Shown: positions 1 to 8,151, counted from the stretch's first letter. The stretch: DNA of 64,000 bases from a virus (IMGVR_UViG_3300045450_000131:33228-97227); one strand, 5' to 3'. Made by a program: numbers and translations. Notes: generated by a model not told the origin, from the letters alone.

Positions 1-123
1 GCAGCCCTCCCTCATGACCATAAATTCCCTTATTCAGGTAGTGAAATGGGCCCTGTAAAGGGAAATCAACAATGAAGTGTTTTAGAAATAAAAATGCAAT
101 AATAATTACTGCAGTCTCAGCAA

Positions 124-534
124 TCACTTTGACATTTCCTCTTCAGTTGGCTCGTCCGCATCTTCATGCTGAATATCTTCGTCTTGATCCCATGGGTTTT
201 CACCTGGGGCAGTTGGTGTTTCATCACCATCGTATGTTTCGCCAGGTAGATAAGCATGGTCACGATATTGTGGCCAAGTATTGAACTCATCAATGATGGA
301 AATTATCTTATCATACGCGAGCTGACGAGCTTCTTGTTCAGTTGAAGCAGGTTGGCTGAGTTTAAACTCAGAATTACCAATAAGGTATTCTAGTTGAGGA
401 AACATAATTGCATTGCCATGCTTTGTATCAATGAATTCGACACTATACAGGTAAGTAGGGTTTGAACCCCGAACTAGTGATGCCTCAAGGGTAATGAATG
501 CGCGGCATTCATTATACTTTACAATGTTTTGCAT
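124..534 (-). CDS. hypothetical protein, acidic C-terminus
   Basis: 136-aa ORF, GGAG RBS upstream of ATG at 534; no recognisable motif. Confidence 0.45.
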   Translation of the reverse strand: MQNIVKYNECRAFITLEASLVRGSNPTYLYSVEFIDTKHGNAIMFPQLEYLIGNSEFKLSQPASTEQEARQLAYDKIISIIDEFNTWPQYRDHAYLPGETYDGDETPTAPGENPWDQDEDIQHEDADEPTEEEMSK

Positions 535-548
535 AAATCTCCAGTAAT

Positions 549-737
549 TTAAATTGAATTGTCTTCTGTTTGAAGGTCATTATTTGCATCGTGCGCTGCA
601 ATCATGCATTTGAGAGCAACATTACATTTACCACAACATGTTCCTGCTCCCGTCTCCATTTGCAATTCATCTAGAGTGCAGGGAAAATGATTCTCAATAA
701 CCTTATGTGATAAATTGTAACATACACAAATGATCAT
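549..737 (-). CDS. Bfd-like [2Fe-2S] ferredoxin domain protein
   Basis: 62 aa with C-x-C ... C-x-x-C pattern (ICVCYN...TCCGKC), which matches the BFD-like 2Fe-2S fold as in bacterioferritin-associated ferredoxin. Confidence 0.5.
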   Translation of the reverse strand: MIICVCYNLSHKVIENHFPCTLDELQMETGAGTCCGKCNVALKCMIAAHDANNDLQTEDNSI

Positions 738-892
738 AATTTAAATTAGTGAGGTTAAAATAGAGGAGGATTTAATCTGATAATCCTCAAAGAGTTGATG
801 TTTACTTAGCGGCACCCCGCATAATCGATTTAGCCGGTGCACTACGCCTACCACGTTCGGCGATGGGTTCACTTAAAGTGACGTTTAAATAG

Positions 893-979
893 TGGTGCTC
901 CTGGTCGGACTCGAACCGACACGTCCTTTCGAACACTAGACCCTCAATCTAGCCTGGCTACCAATTACAGCACAGGAGC
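893..979 (-). tRNA. tRNA-Leu (anticodon GAG), class II
   Basis: hand-folded: acceptor GCTCCTG/CAGGAGC, anticodon loop TTGAGGG, long variable arm, T-loop GGTTCGAGTCC, CCA encoded. Confidence 0.65.
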
Positions 980-984
980 TTATT

Positions 985-1302
985 TTATGTGTGATCAATA
1001 ATTTTTATCGGGGTGAGGGAAATTGCATGCTGGCAAATCTTACATGGCTTAGCTAGCATTGGCATACCTTGATTATTATAGCGCATCACCAAGATACGAT
1101 GTGCCTTGCTTATGTCATTACATCTGCTGATAGCATGGATTTCAGCATGTAGAAAATCTTTATGTTCATCACCACAGTGTCTTGCATATTTTGCCTGCAA
1201 GGGGTGAGTTTTGACATAAGAGTTTTTACCCATACTGAGGATTCTACCCCTCTTGTCATAGATGAAAGCAGTGATGTTATGTTGGGTGCGTTTTTGGCTC
1301 AT
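985..1302 (-). CDS. cytidine/deoxycytidylate deaminase-fold zinc protein
   Basis: HAE(IH) ... PCKIC zinc-binding motifs typical of the CDA fold; 105 aa. Confidence 0.5.
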   Translation of the reverse strand: MSQKRTQHNITAFIYDKRGRILSMGKNSYVKTHPLQAKYARHCGDEHKDFLHAEIHAISRCNDISKAHRILVMRYNNQGMPMLAKPCKICQHAISLTPIKIIDHT

Positions 1303-1336
1303 ACGTAATTATAATACGCATTAAGGCTTTCGTACA

Positions 1337-1642
1337 TTAGTCTTTCATGCAAGTATAATACAGATCATCTGGAAAATCACCAAATTTTTTAACACATTCA
1401 TCTAGCCACTTATCAATTTCCGGGTCTCTAAATGGCGTGCGATGCATTATGAATGAACCGCTCTTATTCCAACGAGGGTCAATCTTTGAGCTTAACGTCC
1501 AATGCAAAACATCCTCTGATGTGTAATCTTCTGACGCGCTAAAAAGTCTAATTGATCCGGCTTCAGGTTCGTTGTAATCATCTATATCGCCAAAAAGCTT
1601 CATAATTTCTCCAAGAATTTCTGCGCATGCTTCCCAACACAC
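1337..1642 (-). CDS. hypothetical protein
   Basis: 101-aa ORF in minus-strand gene series. Confidence 0.4.
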   Translation of the reverse strand: MCWEACAEILGEIMKLFGDIDDYNEPEAGSIRLFSASEDYTSEDVLHWTLSSKIDPRWNKSGSFIMHRTPFRDPEIDKWLDECVKKFGDFPDDLYYTCMKD

Positions 1643-1953
1643 GACTTGCAGCTTACCTGCCAGCCACAGCCGTTTTACTAAACGGGAGAGAAACTGATTC
1701 TAATATAATTTTGTTATATTAAGCATGCCTGCAATATAACAGGGTTATTAGAACACAATAAACCCAACAGGGCGTGGCCTGTCATCAAGAAATTTCTAAC
1801 GTCAATTTCTGAACCCGACCAATATTATCGATAATTGATAAAACGCTTATTTGAAGGATAAGTCCTAGGAATTTATTTTGATCACTGAAGACATTTCACC
1901 ATGCGGGGATGGTACGCTGCAGGCGTTGTCTTCTAACCCATGATCAAAAATAG

Positions 1954-2029
1954 TGGAGCGGCATGCCGGGTTTGAACCGGCGACCTCGACTTTGGCAAAG
2001 TCGTGCTCTACCAACTGAGCTAATGCCGC
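1954..2029 (-). tRNA. tRNA-Gly (GCC)
   Basis: acceptor GCGGCAT/ATGCCGC, D arm GCTCAGTTGGTAGAGC, anticodon loop TTGCCAA, T-loop GGTTCAAACC. Confidence 0.7.
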
Positions 2030-2194
2030 ATAAATTTGAAGAAGCCTTCCACTTCACCGGTATAACTGAGCCTGTACAATTATACTTGATAACATTTGCC
2101 TCGATGAGGGCTTTATTTTGAGGAGGAAGTCTGATAGCCTTAGCTATCAGCGCCTTGTTACCACCCCTAGTTGATTATCAATCAACGCTTATTA

Positions 2195-2323
2195 TGGTGC
2201 GGATTACTAGGAATCGAACCTAGTGACCTCTCCTTGTAGAATGGATAACCATCTTAAAGCGGTTAATATAATAACAAAAGGAAAAGACGATGTTTTAGCG
2301 CTCTACCACTGAGCTAAATCCGC
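2195..2323 (-). ncRNA. tRNA gene interrupted by ~50-nt insertion between D arm and T arm (tRNA-like, identity unresolved)
   Basis: 5' half GCGGATT-TA-GCTCAGTGGTAGAGC and 3' half ...CTAGGTTCGATTCCTAG-AATCCGC-A-CCA pair perfectly as acceptor stem, but are separated by 49-50 nt containing the box GATGGTTATCC. Confidence 0.45.
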
Positions 2324-2332
2324 AATTTATTT

Positions 2333-2459
2333 TGGCTTCAACGGCTAGGAATCGAACCTAGCGACCACCCCATTAACAGTGGATAATCATTATAAGTCGG
2401 TCATATTACTGACAAAGTGCAATAACGACAAAGGTGCTCTACCACTGAGCTACGTCGAA
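2333..2459 (-). ncRNA. second interrupted tRNA gene (tRNA-like with ~50-nt insertion)
   Basis: 5' TTCGACG-TA-GCTCAGTGGTAGAGC ... insertion with AATGATTATCC box ... CTAGGTTCGATTCCTAG-CGTTGAA-G-CCA. Confidence 0.4.
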
Positions 2460-2466
2460 GTAAAAT

Positions 2467-2550
2467 TGGTGCCTCGGGTGAGATTCGAACTCACAACCCT
2501 CTCGGGGACGGCTTCTAAGACCGCTGCGTAAACCGTTCCGCCACCGAGGC
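2467..2550 (-). tRNA. tRNA-Leu (TAG), class II
   Basis: acceptor GCCTCGG/CCGAGGC, anticodon loop CTTAGAA, long variable arm, T-loop GTTCGAATC, CCA. Confidence 0.65.
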
Positions 2551-2551
2551 T

Positions 2552-2923
2552 TTAAATTCTTTTGAAGACTTCCTTATTATAAATTGTAAATGGCGAATTA
2601 GCCATTAGTTCTTCCTGACTGACCCAGCGAGATTGAATTCCTTCTTCAATGCCGCCTGGAATATCTCCGTCGTAATATGCAAAGAAGCATTGAGTATTAT
2701 AATCTACTTCACCTTTACATACTGCTTCGTAAATCAGGACTGGGCTATCTTTTAATGTAATGCCAGTTTCTTCCATTGTTTCACGAATAGCAGCTTGAAT
2801 GTGCGTTTCTCCTGGATCAACCTTTCCACCTGGCAAGCCAAGTTTATTGGAGTTACGGCGAGTTGTTGCAACCAGCTGGTTCGTAACAGGGTTAATGAGC
2901 AAAAGGCAAGCAGCTTGTTTCAT
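2552..2923 (-). CDS. Nudix (MutT-like) hydrolase
   Basis: Nudix box GGKVDPGETHIQAAIRETMEETGI; TAA stop at 2552; TATAAT promoter at 2946-2954. Confidence 0.7.
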   Translation of the reverse strand: MKQAACLLLINPVTNQLVATTRRNSNKLGLPGGKVDPGETHIQAAIRETMEETGITLKDSPVLIYEAVCKGEVDYNTQCFFAYYDGDIPGGIEEGIQSRWVSQEELMANSPFTIYNKEVFKRI

Positions 2924-2983
2924 ATCACTTTCATAATTTAAAGAATAATTATAACATCATTTTCAAACCATGTACACGTAATT

Positions 2984-3271
2984 TTAGTTGATGCGGTCAA
3001 ATTCCTCGTCGCTCATGCTCAAATAATCTAGTTCAGTATAGCCATTTCGATCAACGCCGTTACCGAAACAATAGTTCCCATCGGCGTCAAACGACGAATA
3101 ACCATAACGGTCAAAGCCTTCCTTATCGTAGTCATCAAACATGGTTTTAGTATCATACTCTACACCCGCCGCCTTCAATTCCATGTTCCACGGAGCAGGA
3201 CGTTGACCATAACAATTAAAGCCAAAGTCATCATTTTTAGGAAGATTGGGAGAATATTTTCCACGGCCCAT
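2984..3271 (-). CDS. hypothetical protein
   Basis: 95-aa ORF. Confidence 0.4.
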   Translation of the reverse strand: MGRGKYSPNLPKNDDFGFNCYGQRPAPWNMELKAAGVEYDTKTMFDDYDKEGFDRYGYSSFDADGNYCFGNGVDRNGYTELDYLSMSDEEFDRIN

Positions 3272-3335
3272 TTAATTACTCCTACCTTGTTTCAGTAGTA
3301 TGATTATATCAAGAATTAGCCATCATGTATATAAT

Positions 3336-3413
3336 TGGTGCGCAAGGAGGGATTCGAACCCACACTGTTCGCGTTCTAAGCGCGTTGTCTCCTACCAATT
3401 GCACTACTTGCGC
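3336..3413 (-). tRNA. atypical tRNA (anticodon TAG by loop CTTAGAA; D stem not resolvable)
   Basis: acceptor GCGCAAG/CTTGCGC, T-loop GGTTCGAATCC, CCA; short variable arm despite Leu-type anticodon. Confidence 0.4.
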
Positions 3414-3535
3414 ATTTAGTCATATAGCCTTTGTGGGCGACCATCTCCACAAAGCGGTACCAGGTCTTATAGACATAGACTGGCCATCCAGCGTTTTAAC
3501 ACCTAAGCTTACAAATAATGTAAGCACACTGCACT

Positions 3536-3620
3536 TGGTGCCTCCGGTCGGACTCGAACCGACACGCCTTGCGGCGCCAGAACCTAAATCTGGTGCGTCT
3601 ACCAATTCCGCCACAGAGGC
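3536..3620 (-). tRNA. tRNA-Leu (TAG), class II
   Basis: acceptor GCCTCTG/CGGAGGC, D arm GCGGAATTGGTAGACGC, anticodon loop TTTAGGT, variable arm CGCCGCAAGGCGTG. Confidence 0.65.
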
Positions 3621-3660
3621 AATATTAAATTGTAACAAATTATTTTGACTGACGACATAA

Positions 3661-3690
3661 GGCTGGTGCGTCTACCAATTCCGCCACGAC
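3661..3690 (-). repeat. duplicated 5' fragment of tRNA-Leu (GTGGCGGAATTGGTAGACGCACCAG)
   Basis: 3665-3690 repeats 3591-3620 nearly exactly. Confidence 0.6.
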
Positions 3691-3696
3691 CAATTT

Positions 3697-3767
3697 AATT
3701 GGAAGGAGGGGCTCGAACCCTCAATTTACCTGCTTGGGATAACCATCAATCTACGGTTACAAAATCT
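3697..3767 (-). ncRNA. tRNA-like element with T arm GAGGGTTCGAGCCCCTC and GATGGTTATCC box; not foldable as canonical tRNA
   Basis: T-loop present; no complementary acceptor 5' strand found. Confidence 0.3.
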
Positions 3768-3855
3768 TGGTGCATGTAGTAGGATTCGAACCTACTCACC
3801 CATAAAGGGAACGGATTTACAGTCCGCTTCTGCTCTCCAACTCAGACGTACATAC
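3768..3855 (-). tRNA. tRNA-Tyr (GTA), class II
   Basis: acceptor GTATGTA/TACATGC, anticodon stem GCGGA/TCCGT with loop CTGTAAA, long variable arm, T-loop GGTTCGAATCC, CCA. Confidence 0.6.
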
Positions 3856-4094
3856 AAAAATTCGGTGGTATTTTATTCAGCCTTACAGGCTTTATTTTTC
3901 AGCGGCTTAACGTATCCCTTAGACCTATCCCATTACCACTGGATAGAGGAGCCATGATACTGCATACGCGCACGTTGCAGTTACATAAAATGCATCAATT
4001 ACATGGTCATAGGAGTACCAGCCTGATGAATGATTCGAGGTCAATCATTTAGTAATATGATGCATATCTTGCTAATGGCGAAGTCGAAGAACTC

Positions 4095-4185
4095 CATCGT
4101 GGTGCATTGGTTCTTTACCCATATATGCCCCGGTTCCAGCATGCTACGTTCGACTATAGCAGCCCCCGTCCGGATAACCACAGAG
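4095..4185 (-). ncRNA. tRNA-like/structured RNA element carrying GTGGTTATCC box
   Basis: ends ...ACCAATGCACCA; no canonical cloverleaf. Confidence 0.25.
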
Positions 4186-4211
4186 TAATAAATTACTCCA
4201 GCAAAATTCGT

Positions 4212-4286
4212 TGGTGCCCCAGTACAGACTTGAACTGTAATCCCCGGGTTACAAAGCCGGTGCATCTCCATCTATGCTTCAAGGGC
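4212..4286 (-). tRNA. tRNA-Thr (TGT)
   Basis: acceptor GCCCTTG/CTGGGGC (one mismatch), D arm GCATAGATGGAGATGC, anticodon loop TTTGTAA, T-loop TACAGTTCAAGTCTGTA. Confidence 0.55.
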
Positions 4287-4299
4287 GAATAATCTAAAT

Positions 4300-4381
4300 T
4301 GGTTGCGGGTCGGAGAGTCAAACTCCGTATCTGTGGCTTATGAGACCACAATGGTTTATGTATTCGTTCCACTCACCCGCT
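4300..4381 (-). tRNA. tRNA with CAT anticodon (Met/Ile2 type), long D loop
   Basis: anticodon stem GTGGT/GCCAC with loop CTCATAA; T arm CGGAGTTTGACTCTCCG; acceptor AGCGGGT/ACCCGCA with 1-72 mismatch. Confidence 0.45.
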
Positions 4382-4396
4382 ATATTTTAACTTTGT

Positions 4397-4525
4397 GTGT
4401 TGGATTCGAACCAACGTCTCCGCATGCGGTCTTATGATTACCATAAACATCCATATGAATGCAAGTTGAATCGAACAACTTTCTGCCCTCGTGCTGCGTA
4501 CTATCCGCTATACTAACAACAAAGG
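4397..4525 (-). ncRNA. two degenerate tRNA-like elements
   Basis: two T-arm-like hairpins GTTGGTTCGAATCCAAC and AGTTGTTCGATTCAACT; a CATAA anticodon-like loop in the first; acceptor stems not identifiable. Confidence 0.3.
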
Positions 4526-4604
4526 TGGTAGCGCGGGGTGGATTCGAACCACCGATTTCGAGCTTATGAGACTCGCGGGGACGGCCAGACTCCCCTACCG
4601 CGCA
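4526..4604 (-). tRNA. tRNA-Met (CAT), possibly initiator-like (1-72 unpaired)
   Basis: acceptor TGCGCGG/CCGCGCT, D arm GGGG/CCCC, anticodon stem CGAGT/GCTCG with loop CTCATAA, T-loop GGTGGTTCGAATCCACC, CCA. Confidence 0.6.
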
Positions 4605-4865
4605 ATAATATCTGCGCCTTAGTTCTCAATTAAGACGGCTTGTAGCTTACCTACCAGCTTTTGCACATTCGTGTAACGTGAGCCATGTGCAACAAACGAT
4701 GAAGATTTGCAATATGGCATTTTAACCTATATCGACTGGCGAAATCATGGCCAAGTTTATTATGCATATAAACTAAAGCGTAACCTTAAGGTATAGGTTG
4801 ACTTTCCACCAATAACGCTTCGGTCTGCGGAGATACGACTCGGATTGCTCCTCGTCGTATATGAA

Positions 4866-4896
4866 TTATAACACGTTTTTAAGTTGCGTGTTATGT
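4866..4896 (-). promoter_or_regulatory. conserved hairpin (AACACG-N10-CGTGTT) fused to -10 TATAAT
   Basis: plus attataacacgtttttaagttgcgtgtt; near-identical copy at 16512-16541. Confidence 0.5.
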
Positions 4897-4901
4897 TTGT
4901 G

Positions 4902-4987
4902 CGGAGAGACTGGGAGTCGAACCCAGTGAGCCCGTAAAGGACCCTACAGATTAGCAATCTGCTGCATTACCGTCCTGCCCCCTCTCC
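4902..4987 (-). tRNA. tRNA-Ser (GCT), class II
   Basis: acceptor GGAGAGG/TCTCTCC, anticodon stem GCAGA/TCTGT with loop TTGCTAA, variable arm AGGGTCCTTTACGGGCTCA, T-loop CTGGGTTCGACTCCCAG. Confidence 0.6.
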
Positions 4988-4994
4988 ATTTATT

Positions 4995-5327
4995 TTATTG
5001 ACCCATGCGATCTTCAGCATCTTTAAACATATCATGATCTTCATCATCTTCCATGTCTTCTGGCTCAAAGTCATCTGGGTGAGCAAAGAAAGTTAGACGA
5101 TCATCAGAGCTATATGCTGCATGAAGCCCATTATTAATCTTCTTTAATTTCCAATCATCTGATAATCCTAATGCATCTGCTAATTTAGCGACAAGTGGGT
5201 TATCTGCGTCAATAGTTAAAGTATCGCCGAAGCCACCATTACCTGCTGGTGTGTGATGTGATTCTTCACTTACTTCGGTTTCTACCTGTGGCTTGCGTGA
5301 AGCAAGTAAGTCTGCTAGGAATGTCAT
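4995..5327 (-). CDS. hypothetical acidic protein
   Basis: 110-aa ORF with Asp/Glu-rich C-terminus. Confidence 0.45.
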   Translation of the reverse strand: MTFLADLLASRKPQVETEVSEESHHTPAGNGGFGDTLTIDADNPLVAKLADALGLSDDWKLKKINNGLHAAYSSDDRLTFFAHPDDFEPEDMEDDEDHDMFKDAEDRMGQ

Positions 5328-5367
5328 ATTAATCCTCGTTATAAAACTTCTATTTATAACGAATTTT

Positions 5368-5441
5368 TGGTCAGAGTGGTCGGAATCGAACCGACACTAC
5401 AAGGTTCCAAACCTCGGCGACTACCACTATCATACACCCTG
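5368..5441 (-). tRNA. tRNA-Pro (TGG)
   Basis: C1-G72 acceptor (CAGGGTG/CACTCTG), anticodon stem CGAGG/CCTTG with loop TTTGGAA, T-loop GTCGGTTCGATTCCGAC, CCA. Confidence 0.6.
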
Positions 5442-5699
5442 ATAATTTGGTTGGAGACAACTTACTCAAGGTTATCTTATCGGCACCAAGATACCGGATA
5501 TTTTTCTAACTGAGAAACATCATAAACCCGTCTAGTTTTATTCAATGAGACTTGACCTCATGGTAATAAAATTTAGAGTCTTTTATACCAGAGACTAAGT
5601 AATATAAGAACAAAATAATGTAAGTGGGGTTAGTTATTCCATATAGATAACCCACAAACTACGGTTCTTTAAATTAATGTGTAAACAAATTAGCATAAT

Positions 5700-5812
5700 T
5701 GGGTTTAGACCTGGGAATCGAACCCAACTTACTTCCTATTATAGAAGTCGTGCAACCAAACACCTGGTCCGCAGGATGGAGCGGATAATCAATTACTTTC
5801 GGTTTACATATT
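5700..5812 (-). ncRNA. tRNA-like element with GATTATCC box (3' end GTCTAAACCCA, T arm TTGGGTTCGATTCCCAG)
   Basis: no matching acceptor 5' strand; internal hairpin ACTTC...GAAGT. Confidence 0.3.
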
Positions 5813-5905
5813 TGGCGGAGACGAAGGGATTCGAACCCTTGGACCGCCAACAAGGCGGTCTCCACCTTTCCAAGATGGCGCATTTGACCACTCTGCCACG
5901 TCTCC
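5813..5905 (-). tRNA. tRNA-Ser (GGA), class II
   Basis: acceptor GGAGACG/CGTCTCC, anticodon stem CCATC/GGTGG with loop TTGGAAA, variable hairpin AGACCGCCTTGTTGGCGGTC, T-loop AAGGGTTCGAATCCCTT, CCA. Confidence 0.65.
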
Positions 5906-6053
5906 AAATTTATCTTAGCCGGCGCCAAAGCACTTTTTAGCTGTATAATCATGCGCTTTACAAAGCCACTCTGGTTCATCCCAAGGGAATGACATCAATG
6001 GATGGATAATTGCATTGTGAATGAATTTCCAAAAATAAAACTTTGCATTACGT

Positions 6054-6293
6054 TCAGGATATTCCATATGTGCCTTTATATTCTACTCTATAGAGGTCTT
6101 CGTGGTGTTGATATGAAACATTGCCGTTATCCCATAACATCACAATGACATCTTCCTTTTCCTTTTGGAGGTAAGGACTAGTTTCACCCCTTTTTACGAG
6201 GTGTGTTATATGACCTGGAGTGCCAATATAACTTATCAGCTTGTCACCAACTTTAAGTTGATCAAATGGAACTTCACTAAGTTTCATACACAC
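6054..6293 (-). CDS. hypothetical protein
   Basis: 79-aa ORF between tRNAs. Confidence 0.35.
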   Translation of the reverse strand: MCMKLSEVPFDQLKVGDKLISYIGTPGHITHLVKRGETSPYLQKEKEDVIVMLWDNGNVSYQHHEDLYRVEYKGTYGIS

Positions 6294-6304
6294 CTTTTAT
6301 AAAT

Positions 6305-6383
6305 TGGTCTCCCATGTTTGATTCGAACAAACGTTATTCCTCATCCCAAATGAGGTGCCATAACCAGACTAGGCGAATGAGAG
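6305..6383 (-). tRNA. tRNA-Pro (TGG), second copy
   Basis: C1-G72 acceptor CTCTCAT/ATGGGAG, anticodon stem CCTCA/TGAGG with loop TTTGGGA, T-loop GTTTGTTCGAATCAAAC, CCA. Confidence 0.55.
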
Positions 6384-6387
6384 TAAT

Positions 6388-6463
6388 GTGGCGCTCCAGC
6401 ACTGAATCGAACAGTGATTCACGGGTTACAAAGCCGTAGTAATAGCCGTTATACTACAAGAGC
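6388..6463 (-). tRNA. tRNA-Thr (TGT), second copy
   Basis: acceptor GCTCTTG/CTGGAGC, anticodon loop TTTGTAA, T-loop CACTGTTCGATTCAGTG, CCA. Confidence 0.5.
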
Positions 6464-6591
6464 AAAAATCTAAACCAGTCTCTCAAATAACGTTACGCAT
6501 ACTGGAGGAAGGTAACTCTTAACAAGATTGAGCTCTTGTCTGCTCATTATAAGACCGTACGTCAGAACAGAAATTGAGTACGTGAATTTTT

Positions 6592-6668
6592 TGGTACCGC
6601 TCGTCGGACTCGAACCGACAGAATCTACTTTTTGAGAGTAGCATGTATACCAATTCCATCAGAGCGGC
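6592..6668 (-). tRNA. class-I tRNA with anticodon CAA (Leu-type anticodon, short variable arm)
   Basis: acceptor GCCGCTC/GAGCGGT, anticodon stem CTACT/AGTAG with loop CTCAAAA, 5-nt variable loop, T-loop GTCGGTTCGAGTCCGAC, CCA. Confidence 0.5.
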
Positions 6669-6703
6669 ATATGAGTGTATTATACTATACATTCAATGAA
6701 ATT

Positions 6704-6781
6704 TGGTAACCCCTCTCAGATTCGAACTGAGAAACAACAGTGTTTAAAACTGTTTGCGATTACCAATTAGCATAAGGGGAC
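6704..6781 (-). tRNA. class-I tRNA with anticodon TAA (Leu-type anticodon, short variable arm)
   Basis: anticodon stem ACAGT/ACTGT with loop TTTAAAC; T-loop CTCAGTTCGAATCTGAG; 3' AGGGGTT-A-CCA. Confidence 0.5.
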
Positions 6782-6819
6782 ATATTGTAACAAAAGGTGA
6801 AATCAAGTAGTTTGCCCTG

Positions 6820-6900
6820 CACCAGCTGCATGATAGGAATCGAACCTACCCGGTTTTTATTTCCAATTAAAAGTAGATAATTGACTTCGAACGGTTACAA
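6820..6900 (-). ncRNA. tRNA-like fragment (T arm GTAGGTTCGATTCCTAT) without identifiable 5' half
   Basis: T-loop motif only. Confidence 0.25.
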
Positions 6901-6904
6901 ATAG

Positions 6905-6978
6905 TGGAGCGGAATATCGGAATCGAACCGATGACATCTGCTTGGAAGGCAGGGGTTTTACCATTAAACTAATCCCGC
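6905..6978 (-). tRNA. tRNA-Gly (TCC)
   Basis: acceptor GCGGGAT/ATTCCGC, D arm GTTTAATGGTAAAAC, anticodon loop CTTCCAA, T-loop ATCGGTTCGATTCCGAT, CCA. Confidence 0.65.
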
Positions 6979-6984
6979 ATTATA

Positions 6985-7126
6985 TGGAGGGGCTGGTAAG
7001 AATCGAACTTACGCAGGCTGCTTGAAGATAATCATTCACTTCCGGTTGAGGTCAAATACTCAACTAATTTTGTAAACGAGAAGTTCCTTTCGGAACGCGG
7101 CTGTCCTACCACTAGACAACAGCCCC
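6985..7126 (-). ncRNA. interrupted tRNA gene with ~65-nt insertion (5' GGGGCTG... / 3' ...CAGCCCC-T-CCA)
   Basis: perfect 7-bp acceptor, D arm GTCTAGTGGTAGGAC, T arm GTAAGTTCGATTCTTAC; insertion contains AATGATTATC box. Confidence 0.45.
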
Positions 7127-7133
7127 TATAATA

Positions 7134-7209
7134 TGGTGGAGGATGTCGGGATCGAACCGACGACCTGAGCCTTGCAAAGACCCTGCTCTCCCAGCTGAGC
7201 TAAACCCCC
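7134..7209 (-). tRNA. tRNA-Ala (TGC)
   Basis: G3:T70 wobble in acceptor, D arm GCTCAGCTGGGAGAGC, anticodon loop TTTGCAA, T-loop GTCGGTTCGATCCCGAC, CCA. Confidence 0.65.
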
Positions 7210-7357
7210 ATAATATTGTTTTAGCTTTCTCATCCAGTCACCTCACTGGTCGGTATAAAGAGGTTGTTTACACAATTTACACGGCTGATTCTTCCGCTAC
7301 TCTATACTCGATGACCGCATTAACCCTAGTCACTTCGGAAAACAATATTGTTATTCT

Positions 7358-7430
7358 TGGTGCCGACGGATGGAGTTGAACCACCATTTCTCTTGAGTTC
7401 AAGAGCGTTCTAACGTCGAGCTACGTCGAC
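7358..7430 (-). ncRNA. tRNA-like gene with aberrant anticodon arm (CTCTTGAACTCAAGAG hairpin)
   Basis: acceptor GTCGACG/CGTCGGC, T-loop GGTGGTTCAACTCCATC, CCA encoded; anticodon arm replaced by 6-bp/4-nt hairpin. Confidence 0.35.
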
Positions 7431-7577
7431 ATGTTATTCTTGGTGGACCGTGACGGTAACGCTCCGTCTCTACCGCAGTGCAAGTGCAGCGCCTAGCCTT
7501 CTAGGCAGCCCAGTATTTTGGCTGTGTAAGCGAGTTCTTATAAAAGACGAACTCTTGCAATTAGCCAAAATGTAACC

Positions 7578-7654
7578 TGGTGCGGGTGGCGAGACTCGAA
7601 CTCGCAGATTACGGTGTTTAAGACCGTTGCCTATACCAATTCGGCTACACCCGC
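7578..7654 (-). tRNA. class-I tRNA with anticodon TAA (second copy)
   Basis: acceptor GCGGGTG/CACCCGC, D arm GCCGAATTGGTATAGGC, anticodon stem ACGGT/ACCGT with loop CTTAAAC, T-loop GCGAGTTCGAGTCTCGC, CCA. Confidence 0.55.
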
Positions 7655-8151
7655 ATTATAATTTATTATATCACAACTGGTACATGTGGAGATCATTTCA
7701 ATCGTCTTTCAACGACCCATTATTATAGGAGTTACCGGTACCATTAATCTTCTGGCTCACATGTATTATCTGGAGGAACATCATGGTAACGCTCCATCAC
7801 CGGCTCATCACCGATGGTATTGTTTTCAAGGCAATTTCTAGGACTTCCTAGTCGATATTCCAGAATTCGAGGAGACGGTGAGTTGTCAAGCTCACATGGT
7901 TTCATTACAGTGTGTTATTGTGCTACAAGCCTCAGAGGTTAATTACTCCTCAGTCAACGGCAGGGGGTATCTAGCCCATGGACTCGTTTGTGTGACCTTA
8001 TGCCATCCAACGATCTTTATTAATGGCTACAAGATGCTCACTAATATTGACCTGCACTACACTCCTGTAACTAATAACAGCCTACGTACTTGCTTACCGT
8101 AGCACCTTTTCCCCCACAACAAGGGCGTTATCAGTCACGTCTCAAATATGA

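Noticed and set aside
460-480. GGGTTTGAACCCCGAAC motif at 460-480 as a tRNA T-arm
   Set aside because: It lies inside a well-supported coding frame (124-534), and no acceptor or anticodon arms are found around it.
3856-4094. Additional tRNAs in 3856-4094 (GGCTCC...ACCACC segment; AATGATT-CGAGGTC-AATCATT hairpin)
   Set aside because: I could not fold either segment into a cloverleaf, and both lack a T-loop. They are possibly small RNAs, but the evidence is too thin to call.
2237-5795. GGATAACCA / TTATCC boxes as DnaA boxes or a replication origin
   Set aside because: The arrangement is GGATAA-CCACA rather than TGTGGATAA. The boxes sit inside tRNA-like elements on the transcribed strand and look like part of an RNA motif.
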